Below are positions 22,348 to 35,419 of a stretch of DNA of 64,000 nucleotides, piece by piece. Origin of the DNA: Podarcis cretensis. Its lineage: Eukaryota. A model generated the notes under the pieces. That model was not told the origin of the DNA. It did not search any database and saw only the letters and a program-made list of their open reading frames with translations. The stretch is from positions 32,240,001 to 32,304,000 of the forward strand of contig OX638161.1 of assembly GCA_951804945.1 (NCBI GenBank). Reading direction: 5' to 3'. The translations under genes were made by a program, and so were the position numbers. Each line of letters begins with the position of its first letter. Position 1 is the stretch's first letter.

Positions 22348-22400
22348 TTATTTATACACTGCCCATCTGGCTGGGTTTCCCCAGCCACTCGTTTTGGGTA
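22305..22400 (-). mobile_element. L2-type 3' end with (AAT)n tail
   Basis: Reverse complement matches the 3' end at 62570-62648. Confidence 0.65.
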
Positions 22401-23508
22401 CTTACACCAGCTTAAGATACACAGGGCTTGGCTCAGGCTGTTAGGTTTAGCCTGGATTAGCCAGGATGGAGGACACAATGAGCATATCTGTGGATCAGCA
22501 GAGGATAGGGAATTATGATGTAATAACATAGATGCACAAAGAGCCTCCTGGCTCATCTGGAGATCTGTAGGATCCTAACCTGACTCATGCAGGTGGATGT
22601 TGCTATAAGAGTGCTCCCTAAAAGGATGCATACCAGAACTCCTTTTGGACCACACAGTATATAGTTAACCTGTGGAATGAATGTGCGCTAAATATGGTGA
22701 AAGATACAACTTACATTTTTTAAAAAAGTCTTAAAGGCAGTATGCCACTGAATTGGAGAAGGCAGTAGGTATTTCTATAATCCTAGTTCAAGTAGCAGAA
22801 ATTCTTTTTGAATACATTTGTGGGCTTTCCCCCTCTGTTTTCCCCCCAGTCTGCAGGGATACTATGATATGCATCCTTGGTATATGTTGACCTTTCTTCA
22901 ACTCAAACAACATGGCAGAAAGAAACAGAAGTCGTTTATAAGCATTGGTCCCATATTTGAATATAGGTGATTTTCCAAATTATTGCAAATAATATTAATC
23001 GTTCAATGAAGCATAATGCAGCTGACATTGCAGGTGTTCATAGAAATCTCCTGAATAACATTGAGAATATTTCCTGTATTGTGTTGACTTTGTCCTTCTC
23101 ATTCATACCACTGTGTCAAATTTGTACTTTTCTGGTTCCTTGATTTTCGTACTCTTGTTTTTTTCTTTCACTTATGACAAAGCACAGCATTTTTTCTTAT
23201 GAATTGTTTGTATTAAATATTGCAAATATTAAATATTCATTGGCAATGTAACCACCAGGTTTCATCAATAAATAGGCTGAATGATAACATATTTATTATT
23301 TGTAGTTTATTTATCAAGTCCCTTCTATTTTATTTTTTGTTTGAATAGCCAGGTTCTTTTTTTCTGTTTTGATTTGCTTTAGCAAACCTGGGTTTGTCAC
23401 TCAGTGAACACTTGACATGGAGCTTGAGGCAATCTCAGCTCTGTGAAAAGTCTACCATCTATTGCACTAAAGTATGATTCAACATAAGGTATCATGATGA
23501 CCACTATC

Positions 23509-23630
23509 TTGTTGTTGTTTAGTCGTTTAGTCGTGTCCGACTCTTCATGACCCCATGGACCAGAGCATGCCAGGCATGCCTGTCTTGCCTCCCGCAGTTT
23601 GGTCAAACACATGAGCTTCGAGAACACTAT
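23509..23630 (-). mobile_element. RTE-BovB 3' end
   Basis: ttgttgttgtttagtcgtttagtcgtgtccgactcttcatgaccccatggac. Confidence 0.75.
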
Positions 23631-24044
23631 TCAGTATGGACTAAGGCTTGTATTGAGACTTATGACTTGTCCACACTTCCACCTGTCCCGTGCCTAGGAA
23701 GCATGAGTTCAAGTGGTTTTCCACTTGTCCTTTGCTTCTAAGCATGGGCCTGTGCAGTTTTCTGTTTGCCTTGCCACTTTCCATGTGAAAACCTGCTCCT
23801 TGACACTGAATCAGATAAAATGTCAATCTATGGAAAACCCAAATAATGTTTGCTCTGATTCAGCAGTAAAGCTTGGGTTTTCCCAGGGAAAAGCAGTGGG
23901 ACAAGTGAAAGACTGGGGGGGGGGAGAGAGGCATACATTAATAATTCTCATATAATTGAAAGGGTAGCAGTCGGAAGCAGTGGGAAGCAGTGGGAGAGTT
24001 TTCTAGCAGTGGTGTCACTCAGACCCCATCCTTTGCAGAGTTTG

Positions 24045-24526
24045 TGTCAGGAATGAGGCAGCTCTTAGTGAAACTCCACAGCCTGCTGCAGAACAGAGAG
24101 AGTTAGATCTGCAGCAGGCTGAACAGTGCCCAGTGCAACTCCCACAGGCATTGGAATGCCGATTGCAAAGGGAACAACAGAGAGCGAGCCAGAACATAGC
24201 CAAAGCTCTCTGGAAGATCAGTTAGGCGCAAACAGCCAAGGAGCTAGTATGTCGGAACAGGAAGAGGTTGGAGCTAAGACAATTAGTCCAAAAAGCTGGT
24301 GAATGGGAGGGTTGTTAGACAGGAAGCAAAACAAGAGACGTGAGAGTCGTAAGTTCAATATCTTCTATAGATCTCAGAAGGACTCTTTAGAAGTGTCATC
24401 TTGAGTAATGATGCTGGAGGCTTTGTTAGAGCCGTCCGGAGCTATCTGTTGATTTTTAAATATATTTTTTTTGCAATAAATCCTGTGCTTACTGTGTTAT
24501 CAAGCTGGGAACCTGGACTTCTGACA
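24045..24526 (+). mobile_element. Solo LTR (482 bp), Gypsy-like
   Basis: tgtcag...ctgaca termini, 5-bp TSD GTTTG at 24040-24044 and 24527-24531, AATAAA near 24475. Confidence 0.88.
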
Positions 24527-24916
24527 GTTTGTTATCTCCCCTATAATTAACAGTCACTAATCATTATCATTACTTCTCATCTCCTGTGGCTTTCCAGAAG
24601 AAAAATCGACAGGAAAGCCTATAAAAACTCCTATACCATTGAGATCTAGGAGTTGTGCTCCGGGTTCTCTCTGTTTTTGTTTTTGTTTTGTTTGAGAACA
24701 AAATGAGAACAGAGTGTCTGTCTGTCTTTTTTATGTTATAGTTGAGACATGACAATTCAAGTACTAGTATTCTGTTACCAATGGGGGGAGAAATTATCTT
24801 CAGGAAGCCTATTGACAGAATAAGCCATCATAAACTGTAGCCTGTTCCATGTAACAAGCTGTTGGTATAGAAGGACACAGGAGAGTTTGTGTCTAGAGAC
24901 AAGCCTTGCTGTCAAA

Positions 24917-25131
24917 ATGGTGAGACCAGTGGTGTTGCTGCTTCTGCTATCTCACATGATATTCAATGTTGATACCATGAAGTGCCATATGAACGATCCT
25001 CTCCATATTCCACATGAGTGGTATCAATCAGGTAGCCTTCTCATTGGTGGAATTGCTTCTCAGATAATTTACATTTCTTCAGATGTTCTCTTCAGCAAAC
25101 ACCCTTCCCAGGATGAGTTTGATGTTCAAGT
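24917..25131 (+). CDS. V2R exon 1 (signal peptide)
   Basis: MVRPVVLLLLL...HEWYQSGSLLIGG; donor GTGAGT at 25132. Confidence 0.88.
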
Positions 25132-26843
25132 GTGAGTAATGCAAGAAATAGACTTCTCAAACAATGTATGTATGGGGTGAATTGCAGCAAATGAGTTTAG
25201 AGGGACAGGGAATGCACACAACCTCCTTTCCTGACCACCATGTATATTATGAAAAGGTCCAATGTGGGCCTGTTAGCATGTTTGTCTGATATATTTGAAA
25301 GCCTCTTTGGGATCAAGATCCCTTACTTTTACTTTTCAGGAAAACCCACTTGCAAGCCCCCTTCAGATCATCATGCTAAATATATAAATGTCAGTGCTGA
25401 AGTGGTTGCACACCAGCCTCCTTTGGAGAAGGGACACCTCGTTCACACACCAACATACTTTTGTGCTTATGTGTCTAGCCTGAATGCCCAAAGAGGGCTC
25501 CTATCTTTCTCAATCACTGACTTTTTAATTCTTCTGTTGTCCTCACTTCTTTACAGTATATCCACATTTCCTCCTCCCTTGATGAAAAATTATTCCTGTC
25601 TTGGAATCAGAGGGTCATGTTTTCTTTACATACACCACATTTGCATATAGGCAGGCATAATATTTATAATGTACCATAACTCTAAAAAGAATATCAGAAA
25701 TTAAAGCCTAAATAAATAAGTAAGCAGAAAGCCTCATGTTTGAAAATGTTGCCTGCAAGGATATGTGGACATGAGGAAAATCAGACATGAAGATAGCAAA
25801 GCTGATGGAATAAGTTATATAGAAAGTAGTGAACTTAGATTTCAAAAGGAAAGAAACTAAGCACTTATCCAAACCAGAACAAAATTGTGGATATTTCCTT
25901 CCATTAAATGTTCACGTCTCTGTGTTTATCTCGAACATTTTGCACTTTGCAAGGATTTTAAAGACCCATAGTAAAAGAGGGAAAGGTCTGGGATAGCACT
26001 TAGATATGGAGGTCATCATATGGATTCCCTTATACTAATAGGGAGACAGGCTGGTGCAAATCCAGATTTTTCTCCACTTTGGATAAACATGAAAAAGATG
26101 TTTGAAAACACTGATGGGTGTCAGATCAGGAGACTAGCTTAAGTAGAAAAAGATGAGAAGTATTTTGTTTGTTTTTCCTTCTCCCTTAAATGGCCCTTGC
26201 TAGGAATGACAGTATAGTATAATTTACTTCAGAAAAGTATATTTTTATTCATTTTCTTTTAAATAGAGCACAAACTAATAGTGGACACAGTATTCATTGT
26301 AGTTGTTTAAAGCAGCATATATCTGGTTGAGTAGAGGAGAGCTCTCTCTCAGGGCATTTCCATGGTGGGTGGATTGGAAATAGTCACTGATGATGCACAT
26401 TGTTTGCATATAAAAGGTGCAATCCTAGGCAGCACCACTTGAAAGCTTATCAGGTAACAAAGCTCACAGAAATCATTTTCTAACACCTTGGAGGATCACC
26501 TCTAGGTAGAGAAGGCAAACCAAAGCTCTGATTCATAAAAGAAAGCACCATACATTCATTGCGACTAAATAATTCAATGCAGCTTTTAAGTTGTACTTCA
26601 CCAATTCTCTCAGTGTTGCACTGCTCTACCATCCACCTTGTTATCATTTGATCTTTCTTCCTCTGATCACCATTTTGGCTTTTCTCTGACGTTTACTCCC
26701 CTCCCATTTAACTCTAACAAATTTATGACATTTGTGTGTATAGACTTGTCTTAATGAAATGTAGTGTGGGCCATCGCAGTGCGAAAGTGATTCATATGAA
26801 TTGTAAAATCCTCTTGTGAAAGAGAATGTAACTCCATTTGCAG

Positions 26844-27135
26844 AGTGGTGGCAAAGTTATACCAGCACATCCTAGCCTTGGCGTTTGCTGTGAATGAGAT
26901 CAATGAGAATCCAAAGATATTGCATAATATCACACTTGGTTTCCACATCTATGACAGCTATTACAGCCTGATGATGACCTATCGTACCACTCTGGACCTG
27001 CTTTTCAATTTGCGTAGATTTCCCCCCAACTACAGGTGTGACTTGCAAAAAAACCTGATGGCTGTCATTGGTGGCCTTGGCTCAGACATCTCCTTTCACA
27101 TATCAGACATATTAGGTCTCTACAAGATTCCACAG
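26844..27135 (+). CDS. V2R exon 2
   Basis: YQHILALAFAVNEINENP.IL.NITLGFHIYDS...YKIPQ; 292 nt. Confidence 0.93.
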
Positions 27136-27945
27136 GTAGGATTTGTGCATGGAGATTGGGGGACTTTAAAAGACCATACAGAAAGAGAGGCATGGTTCAC
27201 AGAAAAACAAAATATTGTGTGATGATTATAGAACATATCCTGATGAGGGATGTCTTCAGACAGACTAGGAAAACAGGTGCCATGGAATAGAATCTGGCAT
27301 CTTGGAAGCCTTCCTTCTTATCCCCCCCCCCCATAAATTGTACCCCACAGTCTGCTTTTATGCTATTGCAATAGCTGCTGTTATTTCAAGTTGCTTTATT
27401 TTACAGTGATAGTGCATTGTTTTCATGGTAATTCTTTTACATTCAAAGCAGTCCCATGCACATCTCTACTAATGCATGGCTCATGATGGGGGAGAAAATT
27501 TGTTGATTTGTATTTAACAGCAAACTTACCCAATCTGCACTTTCTGAAACCACATGAAAACTGAAACACAGTCATCTTTTGAAATTTGCACGTCTGCAAG
27601 TTTTGCAATGCAGTTCTTCAGCAAAGTAATGTGTTCAAATATGCCTATGCTAGAGCAAAGTGCACACATACAAATGCATATATTACTGAAAGTTGCTTTC
27701 AAAAATGATTAATTAAAGGGAATTTGCTTTTGAAAAATTGGATATATTAGGCAACATTGCACACAAAAATGTGTATATTAGAGAAGTCACTAAATTGCTG
27801 ATGAATTTTCATGCGGACTATTTTTTAAAAAAATCTGGTGAGGAAATGTGAAGAACTATTATTAAAAGTGGAAAAAAACTGAAACTGACAGGTTTTCCAT
27901 CACAAAGGCACCACTGAAATAAGAACATTTTAAATTTTTTTATAG

Positions 27946-28797
27946 CTGACATATGGCTCCTTCGCCCCAGGGAAAAGTGATACAATGCAACTATTTTCCT
28001 TTTACCGCATGATTCCAAATGAATCTCATCAGTACCTGGGGATTCTCCGATTACTTCAGCATTTTGGATGGATGTGGGTTGGGCTATTTGCTGCGGATGA
28101 TGATAGTGGAGAACAGTTCTTGCAGGTGTTGGAACCAATGCTTTCTCAGAATGGCATCTGTTCAGCCTTTGCAGAAAGAATTCCAAAGCAAGCATCTTGG
28201 CATACAGGAAACCAAATGAACACTATGGCCTTCAATATTAATCAACATTTGACAAATAGCACAGCTAATACATTGATTGTCTATGGAGAAACTATGATCA
28301 TTTCATGGTTAATTCTTATAACAGATATTGTATATAAAGAAAATACGATGTCTTGGAGAAAGCTGTGGATCATGACAGCCCAGATCGATGTTGCATTAAC
28401 AAGCATTCAAGCCCAAGCAAATTTGCAAGTGTTCCAAGGTGCTATTTTGTTCACAGCGCACTCACACAAGCTTCCAAGCTTTAAGGAATTTCTTCAGAAT
28501 ATAAAACTTTGCAGGACACAAGAAAACAGCTTTTTCAAGGACTTCTGTGAGCAAATATTTGGCTGCTCATTTCCAAATTCCCAGGATCTGATGGAGGATG
28601 GTAGTGAATGTACAGGGGAAGAGAGGCTAGAAAGTCTTCCTGGATCTCTGTTTGAAATAGCTGTGACTGGCCACAGCTACAGCATCTATAATGCTGTTTA
28701 TGCTGTGGTGCATTCTTTCCATGCAATGTATTCATCTAGATCCATTCACAGAATAAAAGGAAAGAAGAGAAGTCTTCAAGATTTTGGGGCTTGGGAG
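27946..28797 (+). CDS. V2R exon 3
   Basis: LTYGSFAP...FYRMIPNE...HFGW.WVGL...SYSIYNAVYAV. Confidence 0.93.
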
Positions 28798-28888
28798 GTA
28801 GCATTTCTATAATGAATTTTCTGCTGGTTGCATTCAGTGATAATCCTATGCAGAGTAGACCCATTCAAATTAAAAGACATGACGAGTT

Positions 28889-29265
28889 TAAAGGTAAAGG
28901 GACCCCTGAGAGTTAAGTCCAGTAACAGACGACTCTGGGGTTGCAGTGCTCATCTTGCTTTACTGGCCGAGGGAGCCAGCGTTTGTCCGCAGACAGTTTT
29001 TCCGGGTCATGTGGCCAGCATGACTAAGCCTCCTCTGGCGCAACAGAACACAGAAACCAGAGCAGCACACAGAAACACTGTTTACCTTCCCGCTGGAGCA
29101 GTTCCTATTTATCTATTTGCATTTTTGGGCATGCTTTTGAACTGCTAGGTTGGCAGGAGCTGGGACCGAGCAATGGGAGCTCACCCCGTCACAGGGATTC
29201 GAACCACCGACTTGATCGGCAAGCCCAAGAAACTCAGTGGTTTAGGCCACAGCACCACCCACATC
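28889..29265 (-). mobile_element. Sauria SINE
   Basis: Reverse (ACCTTT)n tail aaaggtaaagg; body homologous to 42776-43141. Confidence 0.9.
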
Positions 29266-30422
29266 CCTATGACTATGTTTATGACTAGTTTAGGTACATT
29301 CATTTCAATAGGTCTACTCTGTGTAAAGCTTAGTTGGAGACAACCATTTGTTATCATGAAAAGCTCAATACAAAGTGAGATAATATCAAACATCCAATAT
29401 CCTGTTGATCTGTGAAATGGTGGTGTGCACGTTATTTTTTTTATAAACTGTTATGGTTTCCCATTTTGTCTTCCTGTAATTCCATTATAAAGTATATACT
29501 CCAATATTATGCTTAAACATAGGAAAGTGCCGGTAGTGGTGAGTGGAGATGAACAGGTGTTGCTCACCTGGCTTCCATACAGCAAGTTCCACTGCTACGT
29601 ACTAAGATGGGGAGGCTCGAGGCATGGTGAGATTAATGTTATGTGTGCACAGTGCCAATCCAACACTCCTGCCACCATGCTTGCATCATGCTGAGCTCCT
29701 CTCACCTTGCTCCTCCCCTTTTCCACCTGGGTAAGCAGCAGCAGCACTTGCAAACCATGCCACCCAACCTGCACCACCCCAATGACCTTTACTAGAAACT
29801 TTGCACCACTTGGGGAAGAAAGAGTATATAAGTTCAAGTAATAAGTGTACATTTCCCAACTTCCGCTATTGCAGAACAGCTGTTGCTGTTGTTTAGGCTG
29901 CACTTACATAAAACTTCAAACAACTGTAATCAATGAAAACATTGTAAAACCCAGCATGGAGGTTTCAAAAATATTCCAAATGGCCTTTTCCATTCTTGAT
30001 CCATAGCTGAAGATTGCTCATTCAGGAAGCTTCATCTGCCACCCACTTTATTTTTCTTCTTGTACTAAAATACATTTTAATTTGCTCATATATTTTAGAG
30101 TCACCTTATAGAACAAGGATGGGAAACCTGTGCCCCTCTGAGTGCTGTTGGACTCTAACACCCAACTTAGAGTCATTGCAGTCAAAGTTGAATGTTGTCC
30201 ACCACTGTTTTAGACTAGTTGAGATAATATGTGTCTTTTTATTTTGATCTTGTGTTGCTGCTGCTCTTACTAAGGTTTAGGGTAATAGGATTCAAGTTTT
30301 TTGTTGTTTGGAATATTCTTGCTTTCATCCTCTTAGAGGCTCTGTATAAAGTTTCTTTAATGCAAAGACACCAAACATATAGGTTATTACCCCTTTGTTT
30401 CATTTTTACCAATTTCAACTAG

Positions 30423-30648
30423 CTCCACCCATTTCTTCAAGGCGTTGTGTTTAATAATTCTGCAGAAGAAATTGTGTCCTTTAATGATAAAAAGGAAATG
30501 GAAGCTGACCTTGACATAGTGAACCTAGTGATTTCCCCAAATCTCATTCCTTAGAGTGAAAATTGGAAAGTTTGAACACAAAGCTCCAATGGAAGATAAA
30601 TTTGTCATCAATGAAGATATAATTGTGTGGCATGGAAGCTTTAACCAG
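30423..30648 (+). pseudogene. V2R exon 4 (frameshifted)
   Basis: LHPFLQ...NLVISPN, then SFLRVKIG...VWHGSFNQ in another frame; in-frame TAG at 30552-30554. Confidence 0.88.
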
Positions 30649-30803
30649 GTATGAGTTTTGAGGTGCTTTGGGGAGCTACTTTCCATTCTCCATATGGGTG
30701 TGCCAATGTTTGAGACTATCCTTTGTTGAATAACAAGATCCATGTAATGGATGATAATTTGTCTTGATAAATCCAGTGCCTTGTACTGCATCCAGAAACA
30801 AAA

Positions 30804-31195
30804 AAAGGTAAAGGTAAAGGGCCTCTGACAGTTAAGTCCAGTCACAAACAACTCTGAGGTTGTAGCGCTCATCTCGCTTTACAGGCCAAGGGAGCTGGCG
30901 TTTGTCCACTCCGCAGACAGTTTTTTCCAGGTCATGTGGCCAGCATGACTAAGCTGCTTCTGGTGCAGTGGAACACCGAAACCAGAGCAGTGCAGGGAAA
31001 TGCTGTTTACCTTTCCGCAGGAGCCATACCTATTTATCTAATTGCACTTTGGGGCATATTTTGAGCTCCTAGGTTGGCAGGAGCTGGGACTGAGCAACAG
31101 GAGCTCACCCCATTACGAAGATTCGAAACGCTGACCTTTTGATCAGCAAGCCCAAGAGGCTCAGTGGTTTAGACAACAGTGCCAATCACATCCCT
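30804..31195 (-). mobile_element. Sauria SINE
   Basis: aaaggtaaaggtaaagg tail and conserved body. Confidence 0.9.
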
Positions 31196-31395
31196 TCTTA
31201 GAAACTAAGGAGAGCTGTAAAAAAGAAGAAAGCTGAATATATAAATCTCTGCATGGAAACAGTTGTTTCCTCCAGTCAGAAAATGGGGCATCTGGAAGTT
31301 CTGCTGTGGCAAGCCAAATACAGAGATGAGGGAGATGAGGGAAATGCACACACACTGGCATCTGGGAGCATGGTCATGGGTCTATAGGTCTATAC

Positions 31396-31844
31396 TGTTG
31401 GCGAGAGGCCCCCTTGGGAAAGGCTGACTCCTCTTCCCAGGCTCTGAGGCCTCTCTCTGGTGGTCTGCCCCTTGCTGGTCTTCGGTCAGTCCACGGAGAC
31501 CGGTGATAAGCGACACCTCCCTTTTGAGAGATGCACACTCACTTTCCCCTTGCATCTCAGCAGAAGAAAGAAACAGTCTGAAAGTAGTCTAACATCCTAC
31601 TTTATTCACAGACTGTACACTGTACATGGAGCCAGTACAAATCATGTCTGCTCTCTCAGCAGCCTCCGTACAACTCACTCCTTCCTCCTTTGCAGCAACC
31701 ACAGGAAGGTCTCAAGTTACACTGAGAACACAACCCTGAGAACAGTGTAGGACATCCTGTCTCACGCTCAGTAACATCAGAAGTATCACATGATGTAAAC
31801 AATGTGCTGCTATCACGCAGCTGGTGAGCACACAAATCCCAACA
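31396..31844 (-). mobile_element. Solo LTR (449 bp)
   Basis: tgttgg...ccaaca termini, 5-bp TSD TATAC, minus-strand AATAAA ~31601. Confidence 0.87.
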
Positions 31845-32687
31845 TATACCACATCTCTGTAGGCCTCAATTGCCATTTCCTACACCTGCCCAGTCTACCC
31901 CTTTATCCAGTGCAGGATTTCCAGTTACTTTAGGACCACAAGTTGGCTAAGTTGTGCATTCCCCCCCCCCAATATACTGGATGCTAGGATAGGGGTTTAG
32001 CGGTAGATGCAGAGAAATGTGTTGATGTGTTTGGAAGGTGCTGGAGAAGTTAATGAGAGAAAAGGGAATAGATGAACACCATTTGGCACCTTTGAAGGTG
32101 AAGAATGTTTCCAGAAGACAGCTACTCTAGGTTATGGGCCCATATGCTGGATATGTAACATTCTTAAGATGCAGGTGCCCAGAGTCATGGGGCACCAGGA
32201 ACAAGAAGGCCTCTCTACTCACCAGAAGGGAGTAACAAGACTCCAGTTCTATACTATACCCTTTGCCATTGTCAAGATATTTGACCAAAGGCTGAGGTTT
32301 TAGGTTATGCACTTCTCATATTAGTAATAAAATGTAGCCCCGTTTTAATCCATTTCATTTGTCTCAACTCTTTATCCCTGAGTCTAGTCACAATAATTGC
32401 CTTGTATTTGGCAAGACTGTGGATACGTATAATAAAACATATTTAAGGGCCAAATCTTGTCTTTCTAGCATCTATAGTCATGCCTGTTTCTATACAATAA
32501 TGCACTAAAACAAGTAATTTATCTTCTCTGGAAACATAACTATTGGGCTCAGTAGTGTACTATGTAATAATGTTCAATATAATTTGATTTTTCTGAGTCA
32601 ACAGCTTACTCATTTTGTGTGTTTTTTTTTAAAAAGGTGATTATTTTCCTCTCATTGATTCCATCATATTCCTTGCTTTGCTAATAG

Positions 32688-32814
32688 GTGCTGCCTATTT
32701 CTTTGTGTTGTGACTCCTGCCACCCTGGTTATCAGAAGAAGAAAAGAGAAGGGGTGAAGTTTTGTTGCTATGATTGTGTTCCATGCCCAGATGGAGAGAT
32801 TTCAAACCAAAAGG
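32688..32814 (+). CDS. V2R exon 5 (nine-cysteine domain)
   Basis: VLPISLCCDSCHPGYQKKKREGVKFCCYDCVPCPDGEISNQK; 127 nt. Confidence 0.93.
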
Positions 32815-33178
32815 GTTAGTGGTACCAACATTTACTGCACATACCACCAATTTATCTAACAGACCATTGAATGGTTGTAAGTACTTGGTGAGGGTGTTAA
32901 GTTTGTGCCATCTTTCCAAGGTGTTACAACAAGTTTACTCCACCTCGAAACTGGTTCATCAATCTGAGTACTTGCTTCAAATGCAGTCTTTGTCAATGAA
33001 AGCATTTTACACATTTATCTGTAGGTCATCAAATGATAAGAGAATTCATGTGTACATTGATGTGTGAATCAGACTTTATCTGACAATATTATTGGGAAAT
33101 CTAGAATTCCATGATTAACTGTTAATCATGATCAACCCAGACAATTAGTCAAGAATCATGTATTGCCGTCACAGACTA

Positions 33179-33441
33179 CCATATTTTTTGCTCTATAAGA
33201 CTCACTTTTTTCCTTCCTAAAAAGTAAGGGGAAATGTGTGTGCCTCTTATAGAGTGAATGCAGGCTGCACAGCTATCCCAGAGGCCAGAACAGCAAGAGA
33301 GATTGCTGCTTTCACTGCGCAGCAATCCCTCTTGCTGTTCTGGCTTCTGAGATTCAGAATATTTTTTTTTTTCTTGTTTTCCTCCTCCAAAAACTAGGTG
33401 CATCTTGTGGTCTGATGCGTCTTATAGAGAGAAAAATACGG
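33179..33441. mobile_element. Tc1/mariner MITE
   Basis: TIR cc(a)tatttt..ctctataagac / gtcttatagagagaaaaatacgg with TA flanks. Confidence 0.85.
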
Positions 33442-33527
33442 TATATTGTCAATGTGTGTAGAAAGAGAAATTACTCCAACATAATGGAAACAAGGCAAAT
33501 TGTCATGAGTGTCTCCAGCTTAGAATC

Positions 33528-33586
33528 CAACTGCTTCTATCTGCATTCTACAAATACAACTGCTTCTATCTGCATTCTACAAATAC
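33528..33586. repeat. 29-bp exact tandem duplication
   Basis: caactgcttctatctgcattctacaaata x2. Confidence 0.95.
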
Positions 33587-34029
33587 CTTAGAAACCCTGC
33601 TTAGAATGTCCTGCAACAATGAATACATGCAGAATTATGTGTGTGTTGTCACCCTATGCATTTATTTTTTTATTTATTGCATAATATTTTTAGCCTGCCC
33701 TAAATCCATCTCAGAATGAATTGCAGCAATTAAAATAACAGTAATAACTCAAATTAATTAAATAAGAGTGTGTAAAGAAAATTAAAAACTATAGCAAAAA
33801 ACCTAGCAGCAGACTAATTTATTTATTTATTTTAGAGTTGCTGTTCTTGCTCAAGGCAGCATTCAATACATGAAAGACAAAAATGCACTTGAGGATTTGC
33901 TAAAACACAAAGTAAAGCGTTAAATGTGCATTAATCAGTATAAAGAACTAGCATAAAAATAATATTATTCAATCACTTCTAAGAATGATAATAATAATCA
34001 CTACATACTGTTATTCATAAGCTTTCTGG

Positions 34030-34346
34030 ACTATAGGTTGGTAGAGCATAAGACTCTTAGGTAGAATATATACACATATAAAAATGTTGTGAAAATATTT
34101 TTTTAAAAAAAATGTTTTGAAAAATAAATTAAATTTAGCATAGCTCACTGTCGCCATTTAGTGGCCTAATTGTATATTGCACTTTACAACACATTTAAAA
34201 CATTTTATCTGCAACTGTATAGATGAGTCCCCAATCTTCAAATTGTGGGTTTGAGCCCCACATTGGGCAAAATATTTTTGTATTACAGGGGGTTGGACTA
34301 GATGACCCTTGGGTCCATTTCAACTTTAAAATTCTATGATTCTATG
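34030..34346 (+). mobile_element. tRNA-head/CR1-tail SINE interrupted by a ~170-bp insert
   Basis: Head ttggtagagcataagactctt, resumes aatctt...gggtttgagccccacattgggcaaaa...gggggttggactagatgacc...(attctatg)2. Confidence 0.65.
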
Positions 34347-34499
34347 TTTAATATAAAAATGTCTTCTCACATAACCAATTCTGTACATGGAATGAAAAGC
34401 TAGAACTCTGCGAGCAGCAAATCCACCTCAGAAGTAATTGTGATATTTTCCCCAAAGGACTTACATAAGTTGGCACTAAAATATTTTTCTACCCCCCAG

Positions 34500-35419
34500 A
34501 CATGGACAATTGTTTCAGATGCCCAGAAAATCAGTACCCAAGCAAAGGCCAAGATCGATGCATTCCCAGAGCTGTGAGCTTTCTGTCATATGAAGAACCA
34601 TTAGGGATTAGTTTAGCTTCACTCTCAGCTATGCTTTCCCTGATCACAGTTTTGGTGCTAGGAACTTTTATTAAGCACAAAGAGACCCCCATAGTCAAAG
34701 CCAACAACCGGGATGTCACCTATACTCTTCTGATCTCTCTCCTGCTTTGCTTTCTCTGTTCTTTCTTATTTCTCGGAAAACCAAAGAAGGTGACCTGTCT
34801 TCTACAACAATCAGCTTTTGGCATCATCTTCACAGTGGCTGTTTCTTCTGTGTTGGCCAAAACCATCATTGTGGTTTTGGCTTTCAAGGCCACCAAGCCA
34901 GGATCCAGCATGAGGAAATGGGTGGGGAAAACAATGACAGGTTCAATTGTTCTTTCCTGCTCCCTTGTTCAAGGAGTCATTTGTGTAGTGTGGCTAGGAA
35001 TCTCTCCCCCCTTTCCAGATGTTGACATGCAGTCACTAGCAGGAAAGATCATCATAAAATGTAATGAAGGATATGTCAACATGTTTTACATTGTCATGGG
35101 CTATATGGGACTTCTGTCTGTTATAAGCTTCACTGTGGCTTTCCTAGCCAGGAAGTTGCCAGATAGTTTTAATGAAGCCAAGTTCATCACTTTTAGTATG
35201 CTAGTGTTCTGCAGTGTTTGGGTGTCATTTGTACCAACGTACCTGAGCACCAAAGGCAAATACATGGTGGCTGTGGAGATCTTCTCTATTTTAGCTTCCA
35301 GCGCTGGGTTACTAGGCTGTATCTTCTCTCCCAAATGCTATATTATTTTGCTGAAGCCTGAGCTGAATCACAGGGAGCAGCTAAGAAAGCGAAATAATGG
35401 AAGCAACCAAGAACCTTAG
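34500..35419 (+). CDS. V2R exon 6 (7TM domain)
   Basis: [49 protein letters not shown]; open to stop. Confidence 0.96.

Larger units (their letters stand above)
24917..35419 (+). pseudogene. Vomeronasal type-2 receptor (class C GPCR) gene, 6 exons, frameshift in exon 4
   Basis: Exons 24917-25131, 26844-27135, 27946-28797, 30423-30648, 32688-32814, 34500-35419, all GT-AG and phase-compatible except exon 4 (226 nt). Confidence 0.9.
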
